Source: Stygiolobus sp. CP850M
GTDB lineage: Archaea > Thermoproteota > Thermoprotei_A > Sulfolobales > Sulfolobaceae
Assembly (NCBI RefSeq): GCF_037389425.1
Contig: NZ_JBBHKR010000064.1
Span: 86,110 to 110,109, forward strand
Direction: 5' to 3'
DNA length: 24,000 bases
The notes below the pieces were generated by a model. It saw only the letters and a list, made by a program, of their open reading frames with translations. It was not told the DNA's origin and made no database searches. This document shows, in pieces, positions 9,092-18,632 of the stretch. A program made the translations under genes and the position numbers. Each line of letters opens with the position of its first letter. The stretch's first letter is position 1.

Positions 9092-10589
9092 GTGGGACGA
9101 ACCACTAATAACGGAATATAAGGGAAATAATAGTAGGATAGGAACTCTGGTTCCACACGAGAAGGAAATAGAAATCCAATTAAGAATACCTGAAAAACTT
9201 AAGAGAAGTAAAGAGCCTGAAATACCAGAGCTATCAGAACTAGAAGTAGTTAGGCACTTCGTAAGGCTCTCTCAAATGAGCTTCGGAGTGGATACTGGAT
9301 TTATGCCTTTAGGCTCATGTACTATGAAATATAATCCTAAAGTGGAAGAAAAAACTTCAGAGATAGTTTCTGAATATCACCCGTTACAAGATTTTGACAC
9401 TGTTCAGGGAATTCTGGAAATGATTTACGAGATGCAAAATATGTTAGCTGAGATCACTGGTATGGATCAATGTAGTCTTCAAGTTCCAGCAGGTGCGGCT
9501 GGAGAATTAGCAGGTGTCTTAATGATAAAGAAATATCATGAAGATAAGAATAGAAGAAATCGCGATGAAATGTTAATAGCGGATTCTGCTCACGGTACTA
9601 ATCCAGCAAGTGCAGCTATGGCAGGATATAAGGTAATCTACATAAGGACAAACAAGGATGGGCTAATAGATATAGACATATTAAAGGAAGTTACAAGCGA
9701 AAAGACAGCCGGGTTCATGCTCACTAATCCTAATACACTAGGACTTTTTGAGAGTGATATTCTAGAGATATCCAAGATTCTTCATAGGGTTGATGCTAAA
9801 CTCTATTATGATGGTGCAAACCTAAATGGGATACTGGGAATAGTCAGACCGGGAGACATGGGATTCGATGTTGTTCATCTCAATCTCCATAAGACCTTTG
9901 GAGTCCCTCATGGTGGAGGAGGGCCAGGTGCTGGAGCTATATGCGCCAAAGGTGAAATAGTAGACTATTTGCCCTATCCCTTAGTTCAGAAAAAGGATGG
10001 AAAGTTTACACTAAATTATGTTCCGCCTAAAAGTATTGGTAAGATAGCTACCTTTTATGGCAATATTGCTAATGTTGTAAGAGCGTATTCATACATTTTA
10101 GGTTTAGGTTCTGAAGGCATTTCTATGGTAGGAAAGTTGAGTAGTCTAGCTACTAACTACCTAATAAGTAAACTCAAGGGAGTAAGAGGTCTCTCATTAC
10201 CTTATTCAGATAGACCCAGAAAACACGAGGTTGTATTCTCGGCGAAACAATTGTTTAACGAGACCGGGATTTCGGCTAATGATATCGCTAAAGCACTGAT
10301 CGATAGGGGCTTTTACGCTCCTACAATTTATTTCCCGCCTAACGTAGAAGAGGCTTTAATGATAGAACCTACTGAAACCGAACCGAAAGAGGTTCTTGAT
10401 AAATATGCAGATGCAATTAGGCAGATAGTTGAAGAGGCTTACAAGAATCCGCAATTACTGTTAAACTCTCCATCAAATACCTCTGTCGGTAGGATTGATC
10501 AAGTTACTGCAAATCACCCCTCTTCAGTGACTCCTACGTATAGGGTGTACAGACTGAGAAGTGAGGGAAAAATATCTATCTTAAAGTAA
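9069..10589 (+). CDS. gcvPB: Glycine dehydrogenase (decarboxylating) subunit 2
   Basis: GFMPLGSCTMKYNPK, ADSAHGTNPASAAMAGY, VVHLNLHKTFGVPHGGGGPGAG (PLP lysine motif). Overlaps gcvPA by 23 nt. Confidence 0.97.
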   Translation: MKMWRQAKWDEPLITEYKGNNSRIGTLVPHEKEIEIQLRIPEKLKRSKEPEIPELSELEVVRHFVRLSQMSFGVDTGFMPLGSCTMKYNPKVEEKTSEIVSEYHPLQDFDTVQGILEMIYEMQNMLAEITGMDQCSLQVPAGAAGELAGVLMIKKYHEDKNRRNRDEMLIADSAHGTNPASAAMAGYKVIYIRTNKDGLIDIDILKEVTSEKTAGFMLTNPNTLGLFESDILEISKILHRVDAKLYYDGANLNGILGIVRPGDMGFDVVHLNLHKTFGVPHGGGGPGAGAICAKGEIVDYLPYPLVQKKDGKFTLNYVPPKSIGKIATFYGNIANVVRAYSYILGLGSEGISMVGKLSSLATNYLISKLKGVRGLSLPYSDRPRKHEVVFSAKQLFNETGISANDIAKALIDRGFYAPTIYFPPNVEEALMIEPTETEPKEVLDKYADAIRQIVEEAYKNPQLLLNSPSNTSVGRIDQVTANHPSSVTPTYRVYRLRSEGKISILK

Positions 10590-11015
10590 TGAGAATAATA
10601 TAGAAATATATCCGAGGTAAGGTATTGAAAATATTATTCCATGAATCTCTAACACTTTTCCTATAACGAATTGGTGAGGAACACCGTAAGGTTGTTCTAA
10701 ACCTATTCTATTATCAGGAATGGGATTGGTTATTGGATCTACACCTTGTGTTATATAACTATTATATTGAGGGTTAATTTGAATAACTCTATGAATTACA
10801 TAAGTTCCTAGAGTTGATTTATATATAATTATATTTCCTACACTAATGTTTTTTGGAGAAGTATAGAAAGTTAGGAAGCCATTTTGAAATTCCGGATACA
10901 TTGAAACTCCTTCTACGCTAGCTGTCTGTACTACTCCTGAAAATACTCCTATATAGATCATTAAAATAAGTATTAAAAGTATGATGTCACTCTTCTTCAT
11001 CTTCATCAAGGTCAC
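10581..11015 (-). CDS. Signal peptidase I (archaeal/ER type)
   Basis: N-terminal TM helix, catalytic-Ser box VEGVSMYP, VIHRV box with His in place of Lys, C-terminal hydrophobic segment. Confidence 0.85.
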   Translation of the reverse strand: MTLMKMKKSDIILLILILMIYIGVFSGVVQTASVEGVSMYPEFQNGFLTFYTSPKNISVGNIIIYKSTLGTYVIHRVIQINPQYNSYITQGVDPITNPIPDNRIGLEQPYGVPHQFVIGKVLEIHGIIFSIPYLGYISILFSLL

Positions 11016-11316
11016 TCAAATCAAGTTCTATTACTTCGGCTCTGTTTTCCTCCTCCTTCTCTTGCTCTTCTCCTATCTTCTTAACTCCTTTCTTACCCTC
11101 TACCTCTACGGAGCTCCCTCCAGCCTTTATTTTTGAAACTACTGCTTTCCATTTATGTCCACACTTAGGACATTCATAAGAGCCCATAACTGTTATGGTT
11201 ATTCTTCCATATGCATCTGGTAGAGGAGATACTAGTTGCCAAGTCTTTGTCGGTTTATCAACTTTTGTTCCACAATTAGGGCATACGTCTGGCTCGCTCT
11301 GTTTTTTCCTAGGCAT
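10987..11316 (-). CDS. Zinc-ribbon protein with long acidic C-terminal tail (function unknown)
   Basis: CPNCGTKVDK...SYECPKCGHKWKAVVSK; tail EEQEKEEENRAEVIELDLSDLDEDEEE. Listed ORF start 11334; MPRKKQ start at 11316 preferred. Confidence 0.8.
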   Translation of the reverse strand: MPRKKQSEPDVCPNCGTKVDKPTKTWQLVSPLPDAYGRITITVMGSYECPKCGHKWKAVVSKIKAGGSSVEVEGKKGVKKIGEEQEKEEENRAEVIELDLSDLDEDEEE

Positions 11317-11623
11317 GAGTAATATGTAATACAAATAAACTATAAATTAATTGGCATAATATTGACGCCGTCAGAAGTAAAGGGGATATGAATTTGTATT
11401 TTTTATTCAAAGCTATTACATATCCTATAATATTGAAAAATATTAAGATTGGTAAAGTTATTATGGTTTGAAGGTAAAAATACGCTACCAAAAACGGTGC
11501 TGTGACCCAAGTGATATAAAATGCTTTTTCGTTACTTATCTTTCCCCTTAGGATTCGAGCGTAAACTGGCGTTAATACCCCGTATATGATCAAAGGTATT
11601 GAGCTGTAACAAATAGGTAACAT
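11309..11623 (-). CDS. Small multi-helix membrane protein, function unknown
   Basis: Three to four hydrophobic segments; starts divergently from enolase and overlaps the zinc-ribbon gene. Confidence 0.6.
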   Translation of the reverse strand: MLPICYSSIPLIIYGVLTPVYARILRGKISNEKAFYITWVTAPFLVAYFYLQTIITLPILIFFNIIGYVIALNKKYKFISPLLLTASILCQLIYSLFVLHITHA

Positions 11624-11664
11624 ATATTAATCTTCTCTATTTGAATATTAATCAAGGATTTAAA

Positions 11665-12909
11665 ATGAGCGATTCGTTCAGAATAAGAAAGGTAAAGGGT
11701 TATCAAATTCTCGATTCTAGAAGTAACAGGACAGTTAGAGTAAGGGTTGAGACTTACGGCGGGATTTCTGACTTCGGAGACGCTCCTGCAGGCGCATCAA
11801 AGGGAACTAGGGAAGCTGTAGAACTTAGGGATAAGGATGGCGGAGTTACAGAAGCTGTTCGAATAATTAATTCAGTAATTAATGATTCACTCCATGGCTT
11901 TAGTGTTCTGGATCAGTTAGCAATAGACCAAGCTCTTATTAAGCTTGATGGAACTCCGAACAAGAGTAGAATTGGAGGGAACACTACAATAGCCACTTCT
12001 ATAGCAGTTCTCAAAACTGCCTCTAAATTTCTAGGGCTAGAATATTTCAAATATATTGGAGGTCCTAGGGTTAGGTATGTTCCTATACCCTTACTTAATA
12101 TATTAAATGGTGGGCTTCATGCGGGTAACATGCTTAAAATCCAAGAGTTCATTATCATACCCAAGGAGTTTGATACATTTTCAGAGGCTTTAATCGCCTC
12201 GACTTCAATCTATAAGAGGCTAAAAGAGCTGATAACAGAGAGATATGGTAAACTCTACACTGCCTTAGGAGATGAAGGTGGAGTCGTTCCACCTCTCGAG
12301 AAGACTAGGGATGCTTTGGATCTCATATATACGGCTGTAAAACAGACTGGGTACGACGGTCAAGTTTATCTAGGTATGGACGCAGCGGCTTCAGACTTTT
12401 TCAAAGATGGTGCCTACGAGATAGACGGTAGGAAATACTCTCCGGATGAAATGATAGATTATTACGTTAGCTTAGCAAATGAGTATTCTATTCTATATTT
12501 AGAGGATCCATTCAATGAAAATGATTTTGAAAGGTTTTCTATTCTACAGTCAAAGCTTAAGAAGACTATAGTAATAGGTGATGATCTATATACCACTAAT
12601 GTGGAGTATCTTAAAAAAGGAATTGAGAAGAAGTCGACCATTGGAACTATAGTTAAACCTAATCAAATTGGTACTTTAAGCGAAACTTTCGACTATATAG
12701 AGCTGGCTAAAAAGAATTCCATAAAGGTTATAGTTAGCCATAGAAGTGGTGAGACTGAGGATTCCTTTATTGCTGACCTAGCAGTGGGAGTTCAAAGTGA
12801 CTTTATCAAAACTGGTGCTCCTGCTAGAGGTGAAAGGACTAGTAAATATAATAGAATCATAGAAATAGAAAGGGATTATGGCTTAGAGTATTACGGGAAA
12901 AAGTTATAG
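11665..12909 (+). CDS. eno: Enolase (phosphopyruvate hydratase)
   Basis: [71 protein letters not shown]. Listed ORF start 11641 is a TTG; ATG at 11665 preferred. Confidence 0.98.
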   Translation: MSDSFRIRKVKGYQILDSRSNRTVRVRVETYGGISDFGDAPAGASKGTREAVELRDKDGGVTEAVRIINSVINDSLHGFSVLDQLAIDQALIKLDGTPNKSRIGGNTTIATSIAVLKTASKFLGLEYFKYIGGPRVRYVPIPLLNILNGGLHAGNMLKIQEFIIIPKEFDTFSEALIASTSIYKRLKELITERYGKLYTALGDEGGVVPPLEKTRDALDLIYTAVKQTGYDGQVYLGMDAAASDFFKDGAYEIDGRKYSPDEMIDYYVSLANEYSILYLEDPFNENDFERFSILQSKLKKTIVIGDDLYTTNVEYLKKGIEKKSTIGTIVKPNQIGTLSETFDYIELAKKNSIKVIVSHRSGETEDSFIADLAVGVQSDFIKTGAPARGERTSKYNRIIEIERDYGLEYYGKKL

Positions 12910-12913
12910 TATT

Positions 12914-13162
12914 TTAGGGTATTAATATTCCTATAATTAATAGGAACGTGGCTATAACTAACATTAAGATAACGAAACCTCTGAACGGCATATTAGGCAA
13001 GGTTTTAAAAGCCTGTACTACTCCGTAAGCGATGCCTCCGAGAAGAAGGATTATTAGTATTGACAATCCTATGATAATGAATGTTGAAGCTAGAGGTGTT
13101 GGGTTTACATGTAAGAGCTGTGAAAATTGTCCCGTTATATTCTCCAGTGTTTGTAAGCTCAT
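12914..13162 (-). CDS. Small two-TM membrane protein, function unknown
   Basis: 82-aa ORF with two long hydrophobic stretches; TATA-like sequence at 13191-13200 about 30 nt upstream of the start codon. Confidence 0.6.
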   Translation of the reverse strand: MSLQTLENITGQFSQLLHVNPTPLASTFIIIGLSILIILLLGGIAYGVVQAFKTLPNMPFRGFVILMLVIATFLLIIGILIP

Positions 13163-13220
13163 TGTAAATCATAACTTGCGTTAGGAATCCTTTTTAAATA
13201 ATCTATCATAATATTACCTA

Positions 13221-13276
13221 GCCGATGATGAGGGTTAAAAGCACTTATCCGTGATGAGCCTCTACCTGCTGAGGAG
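13221..13276 (+). ncRNA. Candidate C/D box methylation-guide sRNA
   Basis: C box ATGATGA 13225-13231, 12-nt spacer GGGTTAAAAGCA, degenerate D' CTTA 13244-13247, C' GTGATGA 13251-13257, 11-nt guide GCCTCTACCTG, D box CTGA 13269-13272; TATA-like TTTTTAAATA at 13191-13200 is correctly spaced (about 26 nt) for initiation near 13222. Confidence 0.6.
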
Positions 13277-13286
13277 CCCAAATCCT

Positions 13287-13295
13287 TTTAAATAA
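13287..13295 (+). promoter_or_regulatory. TATA-like promoter element of the cdv cluster
   Basis: aatccTTTTAAATAaatc; predicts initiation near 13317, just before GAGGAG ribosome-binding sequence and ATG 13331. Confidence 0.5.
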
Positions 13296-13330
13296 ATCAT
13301 ACTCAGCTGATAATTTTGAGGAGTAATACC

Positions 13331-14047
13331 ATGCCGGTTTCAGTTGAAGTATTAACGAAGTTCATAGGACAAAAGATAAAGGACATTTACGGTAGAGATG
13401 TAGGGATTCTACTTCACGTTTATACTGAAATCGACGGAACAGTAACTGGCGTAGAGATTTCTAAAGGAGATGAGATACAGAGTTACGCTCCTGACAGTCT
13501 GAAATTAGATGGGGATTCATTAGTATTAATTCCAGAGTGGAGGAGCGAGGCTTACAAGATTTTAGGATATATGGATAAAATAAGAAGAAGACAGAAAGCG
13601 TTAGAGGAGTTATACTCTAAGAACGAGATCCCAAAGAGTATGTATGATGATATGAAGAGAAAGTTGGACGCCGAAATGTTAAAGGTCAGAGATGAACAAA
13701 GTAAACTCAAGGGGAAACTTAAGGATAGGTTAAACAAAATTGAGGATCAGTTATCTCAGATCGATAGGGCTACAATAGCACTTAAAATGAGTTATATCTC
13801 GGGAGAGTTACCAGAAACTGCATATAAGAATTCGATAGAGATCCTTAGGCAATCTAAAGAGAGTTATACCGCGGAAAGGGATGATATAAGAAAAACGTTA
13901 GATAAGCTAGACGGGCTTGATAAAGAGAGTTTGGATTTAAAGCCTTCTCCCTCATTACCCACGCAGACAGAACAATCTACAAAGACGGAAAGTAATAAGA
14001 GTGAAGTGCCTTTGCCAATACCAGTAAGGGTAATAAATACTTTGTAA
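13331..14047 (+). CDS. cdvA: CdvA, crenarchaeal cell-division/membrane-scaffold protein
   Basis: N-terminal PRC-like beta domain, central coiled coil, conserved C-terminal peptide [14 protein letters not shown]; followed by cdvB and cdvC. ORF start listed as 13316 (TTG); ATG with GAGGAG at 13331 preferred. Confidence 0.95.
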   Translation: MPVSVEVLTKFIGQKIKDIYGRDVGILLHVYTEIDGTVTGVEISKGDEIQSYAPDSLKLDGDSLVLIPEWRSEAYKILGYMDKIRRRQKALEELYSKNEIPKSMYDDMKRKLDAEMLKVRDEQSKLKGKLKDRLNKIEDQLSQIDRATIALKMSYISGELPETAYKNSIEILRQSKESYTAERDDIRKTLDKLDGLDKESLDLKPSPSLPTQTEQSTKTESNKSEVPLPIPVRVINTL

Positions 14048-14065
14048 CTAATCTAGTGACTTAGG

Positions 14066-14845
14066 ATGTTTGATAAGTTATCATCAATTTTTAACAATGA
14101 TAAGAAGCGAAAAGTACAATTAGGGAAGATGATTACGGAAATATCATTGAAGCTAAAGGAACAGCAAGACAGACTTGACGAGGCAATAAGGAGGTTAAAG
14201 GAGAGGGACAAGGAGCTCTTCGAAAAAGTAGTTAGAGCCCAAATTGAGGGTGATGTTGCTAGGGCCACTATCTACGCTCAAGAGATCTCTGACATTAGGA
14301 AAATGATCAAAATAATTTATACTGCTTATTTGGCAATAGAAAAGGTCAGACTGAAGCTTGATACTGTTCAGGAATTACAAGGTGTATCCCTAGTCCTATT
14401 TCCAGTTATGAAAATATTAGGAGAGCTTAAGGATCAGATAAAGGGAGTAGCTCCTGAAGTGGCTTTAGCGTTAGACTCCATAACAAGCAGTGTTAACAGT
14501 ATTGCTATAGAAACAGGTGCCATAAGTGAGAGATCTGTAGTTCCGGCAATGGTTGACGAACAAGCTAAGCAGATATTAGATGAGGCTCAAAAGATGGCAG
14601 AAGTAAAAGTTAGAGAAATCTTGCCAGAATTACCTCATCCTCCGACAGAATTACCTAAACCTAGAGCTCAGGCAATACAAATAAAGCGCCAATTAACAGA
14701 AGATATGCTCCTGGATTACATTAGAAGTACGGGGGGATTTCTCGATCTAGAATATATTTCAAAGAACTATGGGGTAGATAAGGTAGAAGTTCTCAATCTA
14801 TTAAAGAGATTGGAACAGAAGGGTCTGATAGCATTGGAGGGATGA
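14066..14845 (+). CDS. cdvB: CdvB, ESCRT-III homologue with MIM2-like motif and winged helix
   Basis: Snf7-like charged helical core, proline-rich [14 protein letters not shown] (MIM2-like), C-terminal broken winged helix [47 protein letters not shown]. Confidence 0.96.
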   Translation: MFDKLSSIFNNDKKRKVQLGKMITEISLKLKEQQDRLDEAIRRLKERDKELFEKVVRAQIEGDVARATIYAQEISDIRKMIKIIYTAYLAIEKVRLKLDTVQELQGVSLVLFPVMKILGELKDQIKGVAPEVALALDSITSSVNSIAIETGAISERSVVPAMVDEQAKQILDEAQKMAEVKVREILPELPHPPTELPKPRAQAIQIKRQLTEDMLLDYIRSTGGFLDLEYISKNYGVDKVEVLNLLKRLEQKGLIALEG

Positions 14846-14849
14846 GTAG

Positions 14850-15971
14850 ATGTCGGCTCAGTCAATGTTAGAAGAAATGGCAAGAAAATATGCTGTTGCA
14901 GCTGTAAAAGCTGATAAGGAAGGAAACATAGAGGAGGCTATAAATAACTATAAAAAAGCTATAGAAGTTTTATCTCAATTGATAGCGTTGTATCATGATT
15001 CTAATGCTGTTAAAGTCTATGAACAGATGATTAATGAGTATAAAAAAAGAATAGAGGTACTAAAAGAAGTAGTTCCTGCTAATGGGGAAGAACAAGCTAA
15101 GACAACATCTGTTAGTATAGAGGATCTCATAGTAAAGGAAAAACCTAAGGTCTCTTTTAACGATATAGTAGGACTTGATGATGTGAAGGAGGCGTTAAAA
15201 GAGTCTATAGTATATCCAACAAAAAGACCTGACTTATTCCCTCTCGGATGGCCTAGAGGCATTCTTTTATATGGTCCTCCAGGTTGTGGTAAAACTATGA
15301 TAGCTGCTGCAGTGGCTAGTGAAATTGACTCATATTTTATTCAGGTCGACGCTGCTTCGATTATGTCTAAGTGGCTAGGTGAAGCAGAGAAGAACGTAGC
15401 TAAAATATTCAACAACGCGAGGGAACTCTCTAAAAAGGAGAATAAACCGGTTATAATATTTATTGACGAGATAGATGCGTTACTTGGTGTGTATAATAGC
15501 GAAAACGGCGGAGAGGTAAGAGTTAGAAACCAATTTTTAAAAGAAATGGACGGATTACAAGATAAGTCTGAGACGTTCAAAGTTTACGTTATAGGTGCAA
15601 CGAATAAGCCATGGAGATTAGATGAACCATTCCTAAGGAGATTCCAGAAGAGAATCTACGTCAGACTTCCCGATTTTAATCACAGGCTGGCGTTATTAAA
15701 GTACTACACATCTAAGATCAATTTGGACAGTAGTGTTAATTTGAATCAACTCGCAGAACTAACTGAAGGGTATACAGCGAGCGATATTAAGGATATTGTT
15801 CAAGCTGCTCAGATTAAGGTAGTAAAGGAGATGTTTGAAAAGAACTTATCGGAACCTAGACCAGTAGCAACTAACGACTTCATGGAAGTTCTAAAGGTTA
15901 GAAAACCCAGTGTAAATGAAGAAATGGTTAAAGCTTACGAAGTGTGGCACGAAAAGTTCAAGGCCTTGTAA
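14850..15971 (+). CDS. cdvC: CdvC, Vps4-like AAA ATPase with N-terminal MIT domain
   Basis: MIT domain [28 protein letters not shown]; Walker A GPPGCGKT; Walker [11 protein letters not shown]; arginine finger region RRFQKR. Confidence 0.97.
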   Translation: MSAQSMLEEMARKYAVAAVKADKEGNIEEAINNYKKAIEVLSQLIALYHDSNAVKVYEQMINEYKKRIEVLKEVVPANGEEQAKTTSVSIEDLIVKEKPKVSFNDIVGLDDVKEALKESIVYPTKRPDLFPLGWPRGILLYGPPGCGKTMIAAAVASEIDSYFIQVDAASIMSKWLGEAEKNVAKIFNNARELSKKENKPVIIFIDEIDALLGVYNSENGGEVRVRNQFLKEMDGLQDKSETFKVYVIGATNKPWRLDEPFLRRFQKRIYVRLPDFNHRLALLKYYTSKINLDSSVNLNQLAELTEGYTASDIKDIVQAAQIKVVKEMFEKNLSEPRPVATNDFMEVLKVRKPSVNEEMVKAYEVWHEKFKAL

Positions 15972-16060
15972 TTTAAAATTATTTTTTAACTATTTACAAT
16001 TAAGTTAACCTCTTCTTATTCAAGGGTAAAACCTATAACTTAATTGGAGATTATGCTTCT

Positions 16061-16735
16061 ATGGATGCTAAAAGAGCTGTAGCCGAGTTCGTAGCCCCTT
16101 TACTAGCCGATTACAAATTGATCGGAATGGGTACTGGTAGAACAGTAAAGAGGCTAATTGAAGTTATGGAAGAGAAAAACATGATAAAGGGTAAAGTTTT
16201 TGTATCAAGTTCTATCGACACGGAAATAGACTTATCTAAAAGGGGAGGTGTTGTCTTATCATTGAGTTCAGGCATGAAACCAGAGATTTATGTGGATAGT
16301 TTCGATTTCGTAACTAAGGACAAAGTTATGATCAAAGGAGGAGGTGCAGCATTACTTAGAGAGAAATTATTATACTATTTTTCTCAAAGGTCAGTATTCA
16401 TTGGAGAGTATAGTAAACTTTCAAGCTCAAATCAGTTACCCGTCCCAGTAGAAGTCACTCAAGCTGCCATATCTTACGTTTTGTCGGAGCTTACTTCGCT
16501 GGGATACAAAGCGAGGATTAGGGAAACTAACGGAAAAATCGGAGGAGTAATCAGTGATAATGGTAATATAATCATAGATGTTGATGTAAATACAAGCGAA
16601 TTATGTGCTTTTGAAAAGAAAGTAAAGGAGATACCTGGTGTAGTAGAGAGTGGTGTTTTTTGCGGTAAAAAGGGTGTTAAAGATTATGAGGTGATTTTAG
16701 GGAACGAAGAGGGTCGTATCGAGATTTTAAGTTAA
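16061..16735 (+). CDS. rpiA: Ribose-5-phosphate isomerase A
   Basis: IGMGTGRTVKRLIE, SSGMKPEIYVDSFDFVTKDKVMIKGGGAALLREKLL, LPVPVEVTQ. Confidence 0.93.
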   Translation: MDAKRAVAEFVAPLLADYKLIGMGTGRTVKRLIEVMEEKNMIKGKVFVSSSIDTEIDLSKRGGVVLSLSSGMKPEIYVDSFDFVTKDKVMIKGGGAALLREKLLYYFSQRSVFIGEYSKLSSSNQLPVPVEVTQAAISYVLSELTSLGYKARIRETNGKIGGVISDNGNIIIDVDVNTSELCAFEKKVKEIPGVVESGVFCGKKGVKDYEVILGNEEGRIEILS

Positions 16736-16791
16736 GCTATAATTCAATAGGTGAAAAACTTAAAATTAATGAGGAATATGTAGATAGGTAG

Positions 16792-16886
16792 GCGGGGGTG
16801 CCCGAGCTGGTCAAAGGGGGCGGACTCAAGGCCCTAGGGATATCCGCTGGCGTAGGCCTGCGTGGGTTCGAAGCCCACCCCCCGCA
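16792..16886 (+). tRNA. tRNA-Leu (anticodon CAA at 16827-16829) with an approx. 11-nt intron at 16831-16841
   Basis: Acceptor GCGGGGG/CCCCCGC, D-arm CCC..GGGG, anticodon stem GCGGA/UCCGC after intron removal, type II variable arm, T-arm GTGGG-TTCGAAG-CCCAC. Confidence 0.9.
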
Positions 16887-16890
16887 TACC

Positions 16891-17023
16891 TTAATTTTGC
16901 TTTACTAAGACTCTCGGTAGGTCTTTGACGGTTACTGAATCTCTAAAGTATTCACCGGTTAGAACATCTGTATATTCTCCATCTATTTTACGTTTTGTTC
17001 AATCAAGCTTTGTAACGTTTTCA
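16891..17023 (-). pseudogene. Possible decayed 3' end of a protein-coding gene (resembles the C-terminus of a glycoside-hydrolase-like protein)
   Basis: Minus strand reads ...TKRKIDGEYTDVLTGEYFRDSVTVKDLPRVLVKQN* with no plausible start codon and an upstream in-frame TGA. Confidence 0.35.
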
Positions 17024-17200
17024 CTATAACATATATTCCATACCTTCTCTTACGTTATCTATGGCTCCCCTAAAATATTCCAAATCATCTTTTTCAAGCT
17101 CATATTTTCCTAAACTAGAAATGCTAATCTCAAGTTTTTCTATATAAGGAGCGTAGATTGAAAACGTTAACTTATTAACGTCAAGATTTGCCCCTATCAT
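17024..17200 (-). CDS. Short ORF (58 aa), possible real coupled gene or part of the decayed gene downstream
   Basis: MIGANLDVNKLTFSIYAPYIEKLEISISSLGKYELEKDDLEYFRGAIDNVREGMEYML*; its ATG overlaps the TGA of the upstream ORF (ATGA). Confidence 0.3.
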   Translation of the reverse strand: MIGANLDVNKLTFSIYAPYIEKLEISISSLGKYELEKDDLEYFRGAIDNVREGMEYML

Positions 17201-18042
17201 ATTGAAATAATTTCGCCGAAATAGTATATCAATTGTTGTCCGTTTAAGAACAATGTTATATTATATGCCGTACCGTAATTTTGTACAGATATTATGTTTG
17301 ACGGTGGGAGGTTACCGTATATCACTACTTGCTGTCCTTGAGAAATAGTTATACTTGAAGTATTGACTAAACTTCCATTTACATAGAGTTTAGCCGTGTA
17401 AGAACCACTTGAGAGTTTTATGTACTGAGTATTAAGAACGAAGGCGATTGAGTAAATTATACTTCCATTGGGATAAGCGGTTAGTGATATCGGAGCTGAC
17501 TGTACGTAATAAGGATAAGCATGTGAGTTTGTGAAAATGATCGAAGCGTTAGTATAGAATGTAAGATACTTTGAGGACACAACGGCTCTTATAGGGTAGA
17601 AATGTGCAATAGTGTTTAATTGATATATTTGTTGATTTAAAGTTATGTTGTTCTGTGGTTTCAATTGCCAATTGTAATTACCAGACCCCTCGATATAAAC
17701 ATTATAGACTTGTTGTGCAGCTGGAATTGATATATTAACTAATAACTTCTTAGAGCTGAAAGGGGCAACGCTAATACTTGTGTCGTTGATATAGTTCTTT
17801 GTGTGGGCGAATATACCAGATTGCGTTCCCGCGGAAATTGCCACTATTACATTAGCTGACATTGGTAGAGGACCTTTATTTAAACTAACGACACAGATTG
17901 AATAAACTTGGTAACCAGATTGGGTTATTGATTCCTTAACTATATACGCATAAACGTGGAAATTATTAGCTTCTACGTAAAATACTGCACCTAGGCTTAT
18001 AAATAATATGAGTATGACGCCAAGCAGGTAAATTCGTTTCAT
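17197..18042 (-). CDS. Secreted / surface-anchored hypothetical protein, beta-rich, many potential N-glycosylation sites
   Basis: N-terminal signal/TM segment MKRIYLLGVILILFISLGAVFYV; numerous N-X-S/T sequons. Confidence 0.7.
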   Translation of the reverse strand: MKRIYLLGVILILFISLGAVFYVEANNFHVYAYIVKESITQSGYQVYSICVVSLNKGPLPMSANVIVAISAGTQSGIFAHTKNYINDTSISVAPFSSKKLLVNISIPAAQQVYNVYIEGSGNYNWQLKPQNNITLNQQIYQLNTIAHFYPIRAVVSSKYLTFYTNASIIFTNSHAYPYYVQSAPISLTAYPNGSIIYSIAFVLNTQYIKLSSGSYTAKLYVNGSLVNTSSITISQGQQVVIYGNLPPSNIISVQNYGTAYNITLFLNGQQLIYYFGEIISI

Positions 18043-18155
18043 TGCGGTTAATACTATAGGGTAATATATTAGTTTATTTCGAAGACTAGATAGACCAGTT
18101 TACTTTATTATCCCCCATATAGAAGATAATGAGACGGAGGGCCCTAGGAAAAAAG

Positions 18156-18545
18156 ATGGAACAACAAACCTATTTCCAAACCTCCTCTGAAGATAAAATA
18201 ATAGGTAAGCACGTTTTCGGCAATCTATACGATCTCGATGAAGAACTTCTTACGGATAAAGACCTGCTAGAAAAGATAGTTCTTGAAGCAGTGAATATAG
18301 CTAAAATGAATTTAGTAGAAATTAAAGCGTGGAAATTCGGAGGCAAGAAAGGCGGAGTTTCAGTCATAGCTCTAGTAGAGGAAAGTCATATAGCACTTCA
18401 TACATGGAATGAATACAAATATGCTACATTGGATGTGTACACTTGTGGTGAACAGAGTGATCCGCAAGCTGCTTTTAATTACATTGTGGCACAATTAAAG
18501 CCTAGACGCTACCAGATGTTTTATGCTGACAGATCATCAGCGTGA
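18156..18545 (+). CDS. Pyruvoyl-dependent decarboxylase of the AdoMetDC fold; probably the crenarchaeal arginine decarboxylase proenzyme
   Basis: Autocleavage/catalytic motifs [25 protein letters not shown]. Listed start 18129; MEQQTYF at 18156 preferred. Arginine decarboxylase assignment rests on remembered synteny with HMG-CoA synthase in S. solfataricus. Confidence 0.85.
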   Translation: MEQQTYFQTSSEDKIIGKHVFGNLYDLDEELLTDKDLLEKIVLEAVNIAKMNLVEIKAWKFGGKKGGVSVIALVEESHIALHTWNEYKYATLDVYTCGEQSDPQAAFNYIVAQLKPRRYQMFYADRSSA

Positions 18546-18632
18546 GCTGAGCCGGTCATAAAGTCCCCGTGTTTTTTACTCATCACCAATAATTTTCAAT
18601 TAAATCCAAGTCATACCCTATATATTACTTTT

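Noticed and set aside
11641-11665. TTG start for enolase at 11641
   Set aside because: The extra MNINQGFK is not part of the conserved enolase N-terminus; ATG at 11665 fits better.
16792-17200. Integrated element at the tRNA-Leu 3' end
   Set aside because: No integrase and no duplicated tRNA 3' end detected nearby; only possible gene debris.
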